DNA of 64,000 nucleotides from a virus (taxonomy: Duplodnaviria; Caudoviricetes). Below the pieces are notes generated by a model that searched no databases, was not told the DNA's origin, and saw only the letters and a program-made list of their open reading frames with translations. Each line of letters begins with the position of its first letter. Within the stretch, counting starts at the first letter, position 1. Where the stretch lies: the IMG/VR virus record IMGVR_UViG_2636416106_000010, positions 64,762-128,761 of that record; one strand, given 5' to 3'. Shown here one piece after another: positions 19,568 to 30,385 of this stretch. The translations under genes and the position numbers were made by a program.

Positions 19568-20886
19568 GCTGTCACCCACTTTCCTGGTCCACCATAGATA
19601 GGAACTCCATCATATTTAATGTCTTTCCCTTTTGGAGCAATGTCTATATGTATGAACCCCTTATTGTTTTCGAAGTCTCCACCAATCGCAATAGATCTTA
19701 CACCTAATTGCCATGCACAGTCTGCAATTTCTCTTACTTCGTCTATGCTTCTAACAAGAATATCGATTGCACAACCTGCTTCATGAGGTGAAAGTTGACC
19801 GGGGTTACTAAAGCGGAAACCACTAATAACCTCAAAATAAGGTTTTTGGGTTTTCAAAAGCAAGCTTTCAAACAACCTTTTTGCGTCTGGTGAATAAAGA
19901 TTCCCCTCATGACCATCGTATTTTTCACTATGAATAAATCTTTCCTTATTTAAGGGAACCATTTTTTCATACTTGGTAGTTCGAGCCCAACCAACACGGT
20001 TAAGGAGAAAGTACTCTCTTGTCATGTCACCCTTCTTAAGAGAATCCTCTATGAATTGAACTGGTAGGTATGGGAAAGAACTTCTGTACGTCTGATCAAT
20101 TAGTTTTTCTTCTTCCGATAATTCTGCTCCATCCTTTTCATAAAGAGCATGCATTGGTTTTTCATTGCCTTCTTCTTTCTCATCTGCTTTTGCTGAGAAG
20201 CTAACCTTAGGTGCAATAGAATTTACTTGAATAGCTGAAGCGCTGCCTCGAATATTAACGTAGTCTTCAGGATTTTTTGTTGTCCCTTTTCTATTATTAA
20301 AGTCTGTACAAACCTCAAAGTGTAAATGGACACCCGTTGACTGCCCTTGCATACCCATATTTGCAATATGTTGTCCTCTTTTTACCGCATCTCCGGTTTT
20401 TACTTTTAGTGTATTAGGGGGCATATGGCCATAAATCGTATATAAGTCATCCTTATGCTTAATAACTATCCAAGTACCAAATCCACTTACCCCACTTCTA
20501 GCTTGAAGAACAACCCCATCACCTGCAGAAAGTATCTTGCAGTTGGTATCGCCAGGTGTGTTTGGAGCTAAATCCACCCCATTATGGTTTGTTCCCCAAC
20601 GTGCTCCCATAACAGAAGTGAACCTATATGATTTTGGTTCTGCAGGAACGCCCAGTTCACCCGAACCTGTGAAGCTACCAACTCCTCCCTCAGGTTCTTT
20701 TACGGCGCTACCTTGGTCTTCAGACTTTTTACTATCATCGGAAGTTTCTTCTACTTCTTCCTCTTCATCGGTTTTAGGAAGTTCAAATTTAGCAAGGTAC
20801 TCTTTTCTTTTTTTATACTCTTCCTTACCTGCTTTAATTTTTCTCTTATATGATTCGAGGTTATAGGTTTCTTTGTTTGTAGCCAT
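19564..20886 (-). CDS. Virion-associated peptidoglycan hydrolase: M23 peptidase plus M15-like peptidase
   Basis: M23 motifs HNGVD, YGHM and HLHFE. C-terminal SGFR...SPHEAGCAIDI...FIHIDI is M15/Hedgehog-like. Start reassigned to MATNK (AGGTGAG RBS). Confidence 0.85.
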   Translation of the reverse strand: MATNKETYNLESYKRKIKAGKEEYKKRKEYLAKFELPKTDEEEEVEETSDDSKKSEDQGSAVKEPEGGVGSFTGSGELGVPAEPKSYRFTSVMGARWGTNHNGVDLAPNTPGDTNCKILSAGDGVVLQARSGVSGFGTWIVIKHKDDLYTIYGHMPPNTLKVKTGDAVKRGQHIANMGMQGQSTGVHLHFEVCTDFNNRKGTTKNPEDYVNIRGSASAIQVNSIAPKVSFSAKADEKEEGNEKPMHALYEKDGAELSEEEKLIDQTYRSSFPYLPVQFIEDSLKKGDMTREYFLLNRVGWARTTKYEKMVPLNKERFIHSEKYDGHEGNLYSPDAKRLFESLLLKTQKPYFEVISGFRFSNPGQLSPHEAGCAIDILVRSIDEVREIADCAWQLGVRSIAIGGDFENNKGFIHIDIAPKGKDIKYDGVPIYGGPGKWVTA

Positions 20887-22912
20887 AACTAAACTCACCT
20901 GCCCTTAATGTACCTGGTCCTCTATAAAGTGGTAGATTGTCATAGCCCCAAGTCGATTCAGGGCCAATATCAATATGAACAAAATTAGGACCAACTGCAA
21001 TAGCACGGAATCCTGTTAACCATGCAGTGTCAGCTATATAAATTGCTTCTTCCGTTGAATCAGCATAAATATCCATAGAAATACCAATAGAATGAGAAGA
21101 CTCTCCATCAGAAGGATCAAACCCTCTAGCTATTTTTAAGGTTCTATATCCGAGTCGATCTTTAAGAAGACGAAAAGCTTGTCTTGCTTCACTTGTGTAG
21201 AAATTCTCTTGAGGTCCATTTAAATGAATAAACTCGTTTGGAGGTAATGGGGAATATTTTTTCTTCATGTCATAACTGGATGACAGTTTAAAGTCTTCCA
21301 CATAGTTTGACCTTGGGTAGTCTGGGGCAATGATTCTACTCTCTTTTAGTTTTGCAGTAGGAATACTTATCTTAAGTGCAAAACTTCTAGCGGATGCTAA
21401 TTCCTCTTCTGTTGGTGGTAGCTTGGCTGGGGATTCAGCAACAACTTCTTTTACCGGATCTTGATAAAGGTCACAGCCAGCTGCATAATTCCCTTCAATC
21501 TCATTATCTGATAAAGGTGCTGCTTGAGCAGAAAATGCACTTACTTTTGCCTTGCCTGTAACTAGATTCATAAACCAAGTTTTATCAACTCCAGTACCAG
21601 GACAACTTTTCGGTTCTTGACCATTAATTAATCCTTCGCGGTGAAACTTCACACCATTTGGTCTGCCAGCAAAATACTTGGCGATAGCAACAGCAGATTC
21701 TAACTGTTTGCCTTGTAAAGTATCATTGCCCTTATCAAAGTTTCCAATCATTTCATACATTGCTGGATGATTAGCAGCTGTACCATTATAGTTTTTTGCA
21801 CTACATGGTACGGATGAAATGTTACGTCCAAGAATTACTTGTCCATCTACACCGATAGTAAAGTGTTGCGCGATATCGTCCCAGCCATTTGTTTGTGTAT
21901 GAAATCTTCTCATGTCGTCGTTTAGTTTTGCTAGTGTCTGACCTTTAGCACTTGTATGGTTTGGGTTCCAGGTATGATGGACATAGATACCATTGATCAT
22001 AGTCGTATCTACAGTGTCTAAGAATTTAACTACTTCTGCACCGCTTGCAAATGTTTTTCCGTACTCCCATTTACCACCTGTTCCTTTACCACCAGCAGAA
22101 GATGAACTTCCACCAGCGCCTCCACCAGATAAAACATCTAGGGTTAAAATTGACTCTACATATGGATCTCTTCCGAAACCTTTATACATCTCAGCTACTT
22201 GGTTCCCATAAATATACCCACCAGTTGTAACCTTACTACTTCCGTTACTAGGTACACTAAAACCGTTATATAGCCATGCAATCCCATGAACGTTTTGCTT
22301 TAATTCATACCCTTGACTTTTAAAGCGTGAATATCTGTCAGCAGCCCTAGAGATAACTCCTCCAGCATAGTTATGTTTTTCTTTAAGAATCATGCAACCT
22401 ACATAAATATTATAGATCGGGTCATTACATGCCTTACCAAAATCTAAACCTAGCTCACCAGTAATATTTTTTTCCGTCTGCATTAATCCAACACAGTTAT
22501 AAGGGTTTGGTCTTGAATCGTGTTCTCCGCCAGATTCGGTTGCCATAATCACTTTAACCATAAGAGGGTTTACTCCAGCTTTTGCTGCTTGTTCTTTAAT
22601 ATGTTGATTCCACTTATCAGTACCAGCTACCTTACCTTTAAGTCCTGTTTGGTAGTTACCGTTTATGATTTTGTCGAAGTAATTATCTGGTCCAGTGTAT
22701 TGAGCGACTGTAGGCATCTCACCATTAAAGTTTGCTCCGCCAGCTCCACTTGATGCTGCGACTTCTCCGCCACCTTCTTTTGGCTTCTCTTTTGTCTTTT
22801 TAAGTGAGAAACTCTGTAAGAACTTCTTACGTTCTGCATATACTTCTTTTGCTGCTTTTATTTTCTTTATATACATTTCTGTGTTATAGGTTTGTTTATC
22901 TTTTTGTGCCAT
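20861..22912 (-). CDS. Virion-associated peptidoglycan hydrolase: lytic transglycosylase, amidase_2 and M15-like peptidase
   Basis: SLT motifs ATESGG, GLMQ and YN. Amidase motifs YVHHT, AQHFTIG, EMIGNFD, FHRE and KSCPG. M15-like SSHSIGISMDI...FVHIDI. Confidence 0.85.
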   Translation of the reverse strand: MAQKDKQTYNTEMYIKKIKAAKEVYAERKKFLQSFSLKKTKEKPKEGGGEVAASSGAGGANFNGEMPTVAQYTGPDNYFDKIINGNYQTGLKGKVAGTDKWNQHIKEQAAKAGVNPLMVKVIMATESGGEHDSRPNPYNCVGLMQTEKNITGELGLDFGKACNDPIYNIYVGCMILKEKHNYAGGVISRAADRYSRFKSQGYELKQNVHGIAWLYNGFSVPSNGSSKVTTGGYIYGNQVAEMYKGFGRDPYVESILTLDVLSGGGAGGSSSSAGGKGTGGKWEYGKTFASGAEVVKFLDTVDTTMINGIYVHHTWNPNHTSAKGQTLAKLNDDMRRFHTQTNGWDDIAQHFTIGVDGQVILGRNISSVPCSAKNYNGTAANHPAMYEMIGNFDKGNDTLQGKQLESAVAIAKYFAGRPNGVKFHREGLINGQEPKSCPGTGVDKTWFMNLVTGKAKVSAFSAQAAPLSDNEIEGNYAAGCDLYQDPVKEVVAESPAKLPPTEEELASARSFALKISIPTAKLKESRIIAPDYPRSNYVEDFKLSSSYDMKKKYSPLPPNEFIHLNGPQENFYTSEARQAFRLLKDRLGYRTLKIARGFDPSDGESSHSIGISMDIYADSTEEAIYIADTAWLTGFRAIAVGPNFVHIDIGPESTWGYDNLPLYRGPGTLRAGEFSYGYKQRNL

Positions 22913-22940
22913 AAAGTTATTCCTCCTTATTTTGATAAGC

Positions 22941-22967
22941 TAACCATTTATTTTGATTTTCGCTATA
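22941..22967 (-). promoter_or_regulatory. Putative phage promoter motif copy (TATAGCGAAA-N9-AATGGTTA)
   Basis: Same motif and spacing as 1475..1501 and 46660..46684. Lies between a terminator and an AAGGAGG RBS. Confidence 0.55.
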
Positions 22968-22975
22968 GTTAACAC

Positions 22976-23003
22976 AAAAAAGAAGAGGCTATGCCCCTTC
23001 TTT
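22976..23003 (-). terminator. Intrinsic terminator overlapping the stop codon
   Basis: Minus strand AAAGAAGGGGC-ATA-GCCTCTTCTTT-TTT. Confidence 0.75.
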
Positions 23004-26000
23004 CGTTGTTGATGTTGCTGTCTGTTGTTGCCTGTTGTTTAATTGATTTAGTTGGTACGCTTTTTCAGTTCTTGCATACACACCTTCTTCTCCTCCTGAA
23101 CCAGTAAAGAAGTTAGCTATTTCTATGAATGCATTACCGAAGAATTCTACATCATCCCCGTCATCATGGAATAATGTTGCATTGAACATTTTATCGTATC
23201 GACCTGGTGCATCACCATAAATCATACCTGCATGGTTGTTAATACCTGCCGTCAATTCCTTCCCTCTATAATTTAATGGAATCGCCACAACACACTGAAG
23301 GTTTTCTTTGAATCGACGATAATGTTCAAATATCATTTCTGTACCAATCCATATTCCTGCATTAATAATGAATCCAACTGGCGTGAAGGAAGCTGCTCCT
23401 CGAATCACGCCTAATGCCCCTTTACCAATCTTCGCTATGTCATCAGAGCTTGATAGAACTTTCGCAAAGGCACTTCCTGATTGCAGAATAGCCTTTTTAC
23501 TTGTGTTCTTAAGAAAACCTGATTTTCCGGGAGCCTTGGTCATGTTTTGGGCTGCTTCTTCAAAATCCTTTACTAACCTCTGTTGCAGAGCCTTAACATC
23601 CCCATCTCCTTTCGAGACAATCTCGTCAAGAGTTTTTAGGATCTTGTCCATATCTCCACTACTATTCGCCATACTTATTGTATGTCTAAATCCTTTAGTA
23701 GAAACCCATTTACCTACACCAGCAGGAATCCCTTTTGATTTAGTAATCCATTTAGTTAAGTTTCTTCCAGCTTTATTAGCAGCTGCACGTATTGCAACTG
23801 TAGCAGCTAATGACTGTCCAAAACTCATGTACCACTTACTCATTTCAAGAATTACCTGGTCATCGTTTACAACCAGTAAGTCTGGTTCAATAGAAGTAAT
23901 GAATCCTGTCTCCATACTGAAGTGATGTGTAACTGATTTAATTAACGCATTTCCTTGCAGGTCGTTAATCTCATCATTGATGTACATCATGTCATGAGGT
24001 TTAGCGGTAGGATCTCCTAGCACCAACAGATTACCCTTGTACATGTCTTTCATGCTATCTCTAAGAGTAGACTGTCCGAAGTATGTAGCCATTACTTCCG
24101 AAGTATAGAAGTCCGCAAACTTTGCTACAATATCTGCTTCTACTACTCTTGTTTTTTGTTTGTCATAACGAATATCCGCATCCGCGTAAAGCACCGGTGT
24201 TTGTTTTCCGTCATAGTTTACGATAACGTTTGTGAAAACATTATCCTCACTAGCTTTAATATTGTTTTCTATAATATCATAAGCTGACATGTAGAATTTG
24301 TTTTGCATGTACGGACGTTTTGACTGTCCTGTAAGGTATCTTGACCATGTTTTTTGTATAGGATCAAACTCATATCGAGAATCATACTCGAACGCACAAC
24401 GCCAGTACGGTTTACCGAAGAACAATGTCGAGCGTAATTCGAACGGATGGACAGCAGATATATAGTCCGGAGTCGAATACGTAATCGTTTGTATAATATC
24501 CCAAACGGTGTTGTTGTAGAACTTAACAACTACGTTATCTTCATCACCTGGGTTAAGGATTTTAAATTTGTTTTCCCATAGTCGCGTCCAGCTAAAATCT
24601 TCGAAAATATTATTTCGCTCTCCATTAGGGTGCAACCATTGTGAAAATGTAGGAGTTCCGTTTGAGGAATAAATATTTTGGGCTACTTCACCATATTCAT
24701 CGTTGAACCATATTAAGTTACCCATAGGTTTCGAATCAGTTGTGCCCTTTGAATCAAATGGCTGTCCAAAATGCATGATTCCTAGAGGATTGTCTTTGAA
24801 TAGTCGCTCATCTACTACTCCGTTCATGAAGTCTTTAAACCAACTTCCTTTTGAACTCATAAGACTACAAATCAAGTCTCGTGGTTCAGTTACACTGAAG
24901 ATTCCATCGTTATCATCATCAGGGTCACCAGACACCACGTTTCCTAATTCAACTCCGTCACCTTGAGCAACAATTTCAATTACATCACCAATCTCAAGTT
25001 CTGAAATCGTACCATTAAACACTACTGGTAACGCACTAGCTGTAGCACCATAACCCATTCTTAAATGGATACGCGCTCCTGTTTCTAGGAAAAGGTTCTT
25101 GTGAATTTCGTTTTCCTTCTTATCAATTAAATCTTGAGGGATTTCATTCCAAACGTAGTTGTCCCACCATTTTAACTGACGGTCTACATAGTCAACATCG
25201 GTACGACGAGTTGTTAAGTTTGAGTAAACATTAGTCATAGAGATTACTGCTGTATCTGCAGCAATTTTACGAGAACGGTGAACGTCTATACTTTGAATAG
25301 CGTTGAATCCGTACATATTATCCCAAAACTTGTACTTACCAAAGTAATCACCTTCATGGATAATAAACATCTGGAATCCTGGGAATGCACGAAGCATTCT
25401 TCCACGTTGGTCATGGTATCTTAAATCATAGAACATTTCCTCATACAGGGTTCGCGGGTCAACATCATTATACAAACGCAGGTCTGTAGATCCTGTTGAA
25501 GCTTCAGCCGTCTCATCAACTTGATGAATTGTTTCATAAAGCTTCGCACCTTTTTCGTAGATTTTTTGTGAATACTCGTATCCATTCTTATCTTTTTTAC
25601 TACCTGCGAATTTGTCTGTTAGTTTATCGGTAGCTTTTCCAAGTGCACCAAACGTAGCAAGGTTACCTGGATTGTATTTCCCAAGAAAGTCTATACCTTT
25701 TTCAACCCATCCATCTGTCTTACTTAATTCATATAGCATTTTTAAATGCTTCTCATAAATAGAGTATAGTGAATTTTTATCCAGGGTTTCTAGATGTTTT
25801 TTCATAACCTTCTTGATATTTTTCTTATCGGAATCAACTTTCAAGTTATTCGCTTTTAGTACTGATAAATCATAGTACTCAAGCTCAAGAAGTTCATCAA
25901 CATAGTCATCTTTATTTCCATCACCCATCGTAATACCCTCGTCTAGAGTTAGTCCGGCATACCCTCTATATACATCCTTGTTATAACCACTAAATGTATT

Positions 26001-29000
26001 AAATGGCTTAGTCGCATAATGGTTGAAACGGTTCATAACGCCACTTGCAAAACTATTATCTTCGATATCTTTAGAGAATTTAATTTTAGCATCTGGCTTT
26101 TCATACAGGGCAAACATTCCATCCCAAGGACGACAATAAACTTCATAGTTCTCGCGATCCTTATCTAACTTATCTAGCTTCTCGTAGTGTTCCGCAAGCT
26201 GCTTCACTGCTGTTTGTAAATTGTATCTCCAGTTGTACATTAAGCGTTTTACTTCATCAACCTTCATATCAGCTGAAGAAACATCTACTTGCGCTAACCC
26301 TACACGTCCAGACTTGCCTACAGTAGGTTTTGTCCCTTTGAAATGTTTCCACTGACTTGTTTTATCAAGGAATGCTTTCATAAGCGTCATAAATCGTTCT
26401 TTTGTGATTTTTGATTCTGTTTTAGCGAAGTCCATATGATCCATACCATTTGGTTTTTTAGGCTCTTTAATGACTTCTTTCTTGATCAAATCACCAATAG
26501 CAGTAGTATCTGGGCCTCTTAATTTACTTCTTCTCACTTTGAAACTTGCGTAATAAATATCTTCCGCAGGCTGATAAGAGACTACCTTTTTAGTTTTGTC
26601 TGCCTCTTTTAAATCCCCGCGACACTCTTCAATGAATGTAGGAGCTGAATAGTATTTCTTAAAGTACTTATCAACTAGACTATTAAGTTCTTGGTATATA
26701 AGTGCTTCATCGCCACTAGGGTTTTTAGATAATGTACCATAATCATTTCCGCCATCAGGGAAGAGTGTTTTCCATTCTTCCATAGTCGGGAAAGTTTCAT
26801 AAGCAAATTTATCATCTTTTTTATCTGTTAAAAACTTTTGAACGTCTGCATTCTTTACAGTTGCAGTGCCGCCTTGGTCAGCCATAACAGCTCCTGCTGA
26901 TGTATTTGGAGCGTCGGATTTTTTAGCATCTTCCTTTTTACCCCAATCAAACTTCCAGTCAAGAGGTCCTACACCTTCAGTCTTTTCTAACTTCTTAAGC
27001 TTGTCCCAGTCCTCTTCAGTCGTATCAAATAATTTCTCTGATTGATTACTTGTGAAAGCAGCTACACCTGTAGCATCAAACATGTTTAATTGATGGTTTC
27101 CAAGGTACGACTCTTCAATTAATTGTCTTAACGTGTTACCTGTAGAGAAATAGAAGTCGGGATCAAGATATGTTCCATTTGTTATGTTCGGATATTCTTT
27201 TGTACCTGCATCCAGCTCTGGCAATACGGCATTAATTTGAGCGTAAGTAGGAAGTTCCATATCAGGATAAACTTCTAGCTTGTGAAGTCTAGCTTCAATC
27301 ATACGGTCATTCATAAATGCTGTCTTGTTGATCTTTAACTTCTCAAGATCCATTTGTTTGCTATTACCAGGTAGTGCAGTTAATTCTTCACGTTGACGTT
27401 GCGTTTTATCAAACCCAATACCTTGTAACATGATTTGGTATCTTCCTGGGAAGTTAGGAACTGTATTTACAGAGATACTTTCGAACATTACATATCGAAT
27501 ACCAAATAACTGAGAAAGATCATTTTCAATACCGATATATCCATTTGTAATACCTTGATTAAATTTCTTAGCGTATTGGTCAGAAGTTGCAATAAGGTTG
27601 TTGAAATCTCTTGCGCCATCTTCATCTACCTCCAAGAGTAAATCAATGTATGGATCTCCACCACCCATATATTGCAGGGTTGCAGCTTCACTAGACTGAA
27701 CATGAGATATACTAAACTCATTTGAGAAACGAGCATTGATAGAGATTGGGATAACCTTACCAGAGATCGGATATTCTCTCATCGGAATCAAACGTTCACT
27801 AGCTTCAATGACTCTCATGTACTCATCAAATTCGTCTTTGTATTTAGCTACTTCATCTTCCATTTTCTTTGCACCGTCTGCAATGTTTTTAATTGCCTTT
27901 ATCCCAGCATCATTAGCAGGAATACGGAATAGTCCTTTCTCATAATACTTCTTAAATTCCTTTTCAAGTGCTTTTTGGTTACCAGGATCTTTAAGTTCCT
28001 TTATAAGGATAAGACCATCTTCCTCTTTTCCTTTGTATGGTTCTTTTGAGTAATCTACTGGAGGATCTTCGTCATAGTAATTAAGCCCAGCAGATATACC
28101 TGACCAATCAAATCGAGTCTTAAAGTACAAACGAGACTGGTATGGAATGAAGATTTCTTGATTACGCAGATTAGTAAAGGAGCCCTTGTGTTTACCATCG
28201 TAAATTCTAGCAAACAATTCCGCTCCTTCACGTAGAACGTTTTCTGCTTCTTCTCTTTTTAAGTTGTTGTATTTCTTTTTAAGTTCGCTAACCATGTACC
28301 AATAGTTACTATCAGCAAATCCCATTCGAAGATCATCAATAATTGTTTCTGGCTTAATCGTAGAATCTTTATAGCGTTTATATTGATCCAGGATTTCATT
28401 AGCAACAGAAGCATCTTCTTTTTTGTATTTGTACTCATCATTCTTTGTCTCTAATTCGATTTTTCTTAGTTCTGGAGAATCTGCATTCTTCATGTAGTTG
28501 ATAGCGTCTCTTCGAGCTGTAAGGAATGACTCATCAGCAAGAGTAAATTTGATATCACTTTTAAGTTGGCCATCTAATCCTTTGAAGTAACGGTACTTGT
28601 CTCCGCGAGGAGCTAGGGATTGATTGTAATACCATCTTAGCATTGGGTAATTTACAGAATCGCCCAGTGTACTTTTATCCATTAAGTATGCTTCTGAATT
28701 AAATTCAACAAGCGTTAATTTGGCAGTTAAGGACTCTGGAAAATTAGGAACTGTCGTTACTTCGATATTCATTAAAGCTACATCACGAATACCTAATACA
28801 TCATTAATGTAGTAGTTATCAATAGGAAGAAACGGTGCTTTAGCGAATTGTGCAAGTAATGGTCTAAGTCCATCAACGTAAAAATACTTAGCTTCTTCTC
28901 CTTTTCCGTATTCTTTCTTCCAAGGGTATTTCTTACCATTAATTGATTCTAGATCGTGGAAATAAAGATCCATGCTTAACGTAGTAAGTGTTTGACCGCG

Positions 29001-30362
29001 GTTAACTAATACAGAGGATTTTGTACGAAGTGTTTTTATTTTGGAGATGTTTGAAGTTTTGTTTACATCAATAGAAGTAGGTGGAATTGTAAGAATTACA
29101 TCACCAATCCTAACTTTAGAATGTCTTTTTAAATCTTCGACTGAACTAATACCCTCTGTAAAAATTGACACCCTATCGTCATAAGGGCTGAAAAAGTCCA
29201 AAGCGTTATGAGCAGGAGTTGTTGTTCCTTTTATATTTGTCGTTTCGGGATTGATATCTTCATCGTAAGGTTCATCACTACCGATATCAGGAGTACTCTC
29301 TGCATCGCTTCCACCTGTTGAAGGGGCACCAATACCTGTGTCATATGCTTTTAAATTTAATTCCTGAATCCAACTCAATGGATTAAGAACTGTTAAAGTA
29401 TTTGCATACTCAAATGGGAAAATACCAAGAGGAACTTGAGGAAACTTCTTAGATTTTGTTACTAAAAGGGACTTGTTTACGTGTACAAGTTTCTGACCTT
29501 CTGCGCTATTAACCCTGTTAAATAGGATATCAGCACTTTTGTCTTCCGTAGCATAAACATCTGCAATATATCGACCATATTTTGCATCAGTCAGAGGTGC
29601 TTCTCCCATTTTCCGACGATCAAAGTGAATAACAACAAGTGGTTTTTGGTTTGCTTTCCAACCTAAGAGTGTCTCGTTTTGTTTATGGGCTTCTTCCCCT
29701 ACTTCGTACATATCTTGCATTGTAACCCCGTATGTTTTTCCTAACCTAGTATTTTTAGGGTCTTTATAGGATTCTGCTCCCGGCTGCAATGTTTCTGGTG
29801 TTTCTACGCCGTTATATCGAATTGTGATTGTTTCTTCTACTTTTAACTTAGAAGATAAGAAATCAGATAACTTTACCAGTTTTACATCAATTGTATCACC
29901 ATCTGTAACTTTCTCTAATCTTCCAACCGCAATATAGTCTGAAGTAACAACTGATTCTTTATGTTCTTCCATTGCACTAAAGAATCCACTGCTCTCTTCT
30001 TCTGGTTTTTGCTGCGCTATTTCTAACGGATTGCCAAGCACTTCTTTTTCGTAGTAGAATTTAGCGCTTGATAATAGTCTGTGAGAATTGTAGCCACAAT
30101 CTAAATAGATGATTTGGTTACGCATCGTAGTGACTTCCATCTCTCTATTATCAGCTATTGAATAAAAACTAATGTCTACAGGGTAACGAGACACTTTCTT
30201 TTCTACTTCATTAAGGAACATGTTGAATCTTGGGCTAGTTGCTACACTCCCCTTGCTCCCTACATTAATAAACGTGTAGTTCTGATTTATGTATATACCA
30301 ACACGCCAAGGCGCATCTTTTCTAACTCTTGTTAGAGAGGTAATTAATATTTTCTCTTTCAT
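22989..30362 (-). CDS. Giant baseplate hub-like protein with an N-terminal SNase (thermonuclease) domain and a degenerate SLT-like domain
   Basis: 2457 aa. SNase motifs KVTDGDTI, IRYNGVETPE, KYGRYIADV, VNKSLL. Hub-like C-terminus RIHLRMGYG...VVFNGTI...IVAQG and LVLGDP...IKSVTHHFS..GFITSI. Confidence 0.75.
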   Translation of the reverse strand: MKEKILITSLTRVRKDAPWRVGIYINQNYTFINVGSKGSVATSPRFNMFLNEVEKKVSRYPVDISFYSIADNREMEVTTMRNQIIYLDCGYNSHRLLSSAKFYYEKEVLGNPLEIAQQKPEEESSGFFSAMEEHKESVVTSDYIAVGRLEKVTDGDTIDVKLVKLSDFLSSKLKVEETITIRYNGVETPETLQPGAESYKDPKNTRLGKTYGVTMQDMYEVGEEAHKQNETLLGWKANQKPLVVIHFDRRKMGEAPLTDAKYGRYIADVYATEDKSADILFNRVNSAEGQKLVHVNKSLLVTKSKKFPQVPLGIFPFEYANTLTVLNPLSWIQELNLKAYDTGIGAPSTGGSDAESTPDIGSDEPYDEDINPETTNIKGTTTPAHNALDFFSPYDDRVSIFTEGISSVEDLKRHSKVRIGDVILTIPPTSIDVNKTSNISKIKTLRTKSSVLVNRGQTLTTLSMDLYFHDLESINGKKYPWKKEYGKGEEAKYFYVDGLRPLLAQFAKAPFLPIDNYYINDVLGIRDVALMNIEVTTVPNFPESLTAKLTLVEFNSEAYLMDKSTLGDSVNYPMLRWYYNQSLAPRGDKYRYFKGLDGQLKSDIKFTLADESFLTARRDAINYMKNADSPELRKIELETKNDEYKYKKEDASVANEILDQYKRYKDSTIKPETIIDDLRMGFADSNYWYMVSELKKKYNNLKREEAENVLREGAELFARIYDGKHKGSFTNLRNQEIFIPYQSRLYFKTRFDWSGISAGLNYYDEDPPVDYSKEPYKGKEEDGLILIKELKDPGNQKALEKEFKKYYEKGLFRIPANDAGIKAIKNIADGAKKMEDEVAKYKDEFDEYMRVIEASERLIPMREYPISGKVIPISINARFSNEFSISHVQSSEAATLQYMGGGDPYIDLLLEVDEDGARDFNNLIATSDQYAKKFNQGITNGYIGIENDLSQLFGIRYVMFESISVNTVPNFPGRYQIMLQGIGFDKTQRQREELTALPGNSKQMDLEKLKINKTAFMNDRMIEARLHKLEVYPDMELPTYAQINAVLPELDAGTKEYPNITNGTYLDPDFYFSTGNTLRQLIEESYLGNHQLNMFDATGVAAFTSNQSEKLFDTTEEDWDKLKKLEKTEGVGPLDWKFDWGKKEDAKKSDAPNTSAGAVMADQGGTATVKNADVQKFLTDKKDDKFAYETFPTMEEWKTLFPDGGNDYGTLSKNPSGDEALIYQELNSLVDKYFKKYYSAPTFIEECRGDLKEADKTKKVVSYQPAEDIYYASFKVRRSKLRGPDTTAIGDLIKKEVIKEPKKPNGMDHMDFAKTESKITKERFMTLMKAFLDKTSQWKHFKGTKPTVGKSGRVGLAQVDVSSADMKVDEVKRLMYNWRYNLQTAVKQLAEHYEKLDKLDKDRENYEVYCRPWDGMFALYEKPDAKIKFSKDIEDNSFASGVMNRFNHYATKPFNTFSGYNKDVYRGYAGLTLDEGITMGDGNKDDYVDELLELEYYDLSVLKANNLKVDSDKKNIKKVMKKHLETLDKNSLYSIYEKHLKMLYELSKTDGWVEKGIDFLGKYNPGNLATFGALGKATDKLTDKFAGSKKDKNGYEYSQKIYEKGAKLYETIHQVDETAEASTGSTDLRLYNDVDPRTLYEEMFYDLRYHDQRGRMLRAFPGFQMFIIHEGDYFGKYKFWDNMYGFNAIQSIDVHRSRKIAADTAVISMTNVYSNLTTRRTDVDYVDRQLKWWDNYVWNEIPQDLIDKKENEIHKNLFLETGARIHLRMGYGATASALPVVFNGTISELEIGDVIEIVAQGDGVELGNVVSGDPDDDNDGIFSVTEPRDLICSLMSSKGSWFKDFMNGVVDERLFKDNPLGIMHFGQPFDSKGTTDSKPMGNLIWFNDEYGEVAQNIYSSNGTPTFSQWLHPNGERNNIFEDFSWTRLWENKFKILNPGDEDNVVVKFYNNTVWDIIQTITYSTPDYISAVHPFELRSTLFFGKPYWRCAFEYDSRYEFDPIQKTWSRYLTGQSKRPYMQNKFYMSAYDIIENNIKASEDNVFTNVIVNYDGKQTPVLYADADIRYDKQKTRVVEADIVAKFADFYTSEVMATYFGQSTLRDSMKDMYKGNLLVLGDPTAKPHDMMYINDEINDLQGNALIKSVTHHFSMETGFITSIEPDLLVVNDDQVILEMSKWYMSFGQSLAATVAIRAAANKAGRNLTKWITKSKGIPAGVGKWVSTKGFRHTISMANSSGDMDKILKTLDEIVSKGDGDVKALQQRLVKDFEEAAQNMTKAPGKSGFLKNTSKKAILQSGSAFAKVLSSSDDIAKIGKGALGVIRGAASFTPVGFIINAGIWIGTEMIFEHYRRFKENLQCVVAIPLNYRGKELTAGINNHAGMIYGDAPGRYDKMFNATLFHDDGDDVEFFGNAFIEIANFFTGSGGEEGVYARTEKAYQLNQLNNRQQQTATSTTKEGA

Positions 30363-30385
30363 TCATGTCACCTCTTTTTTGTAGT

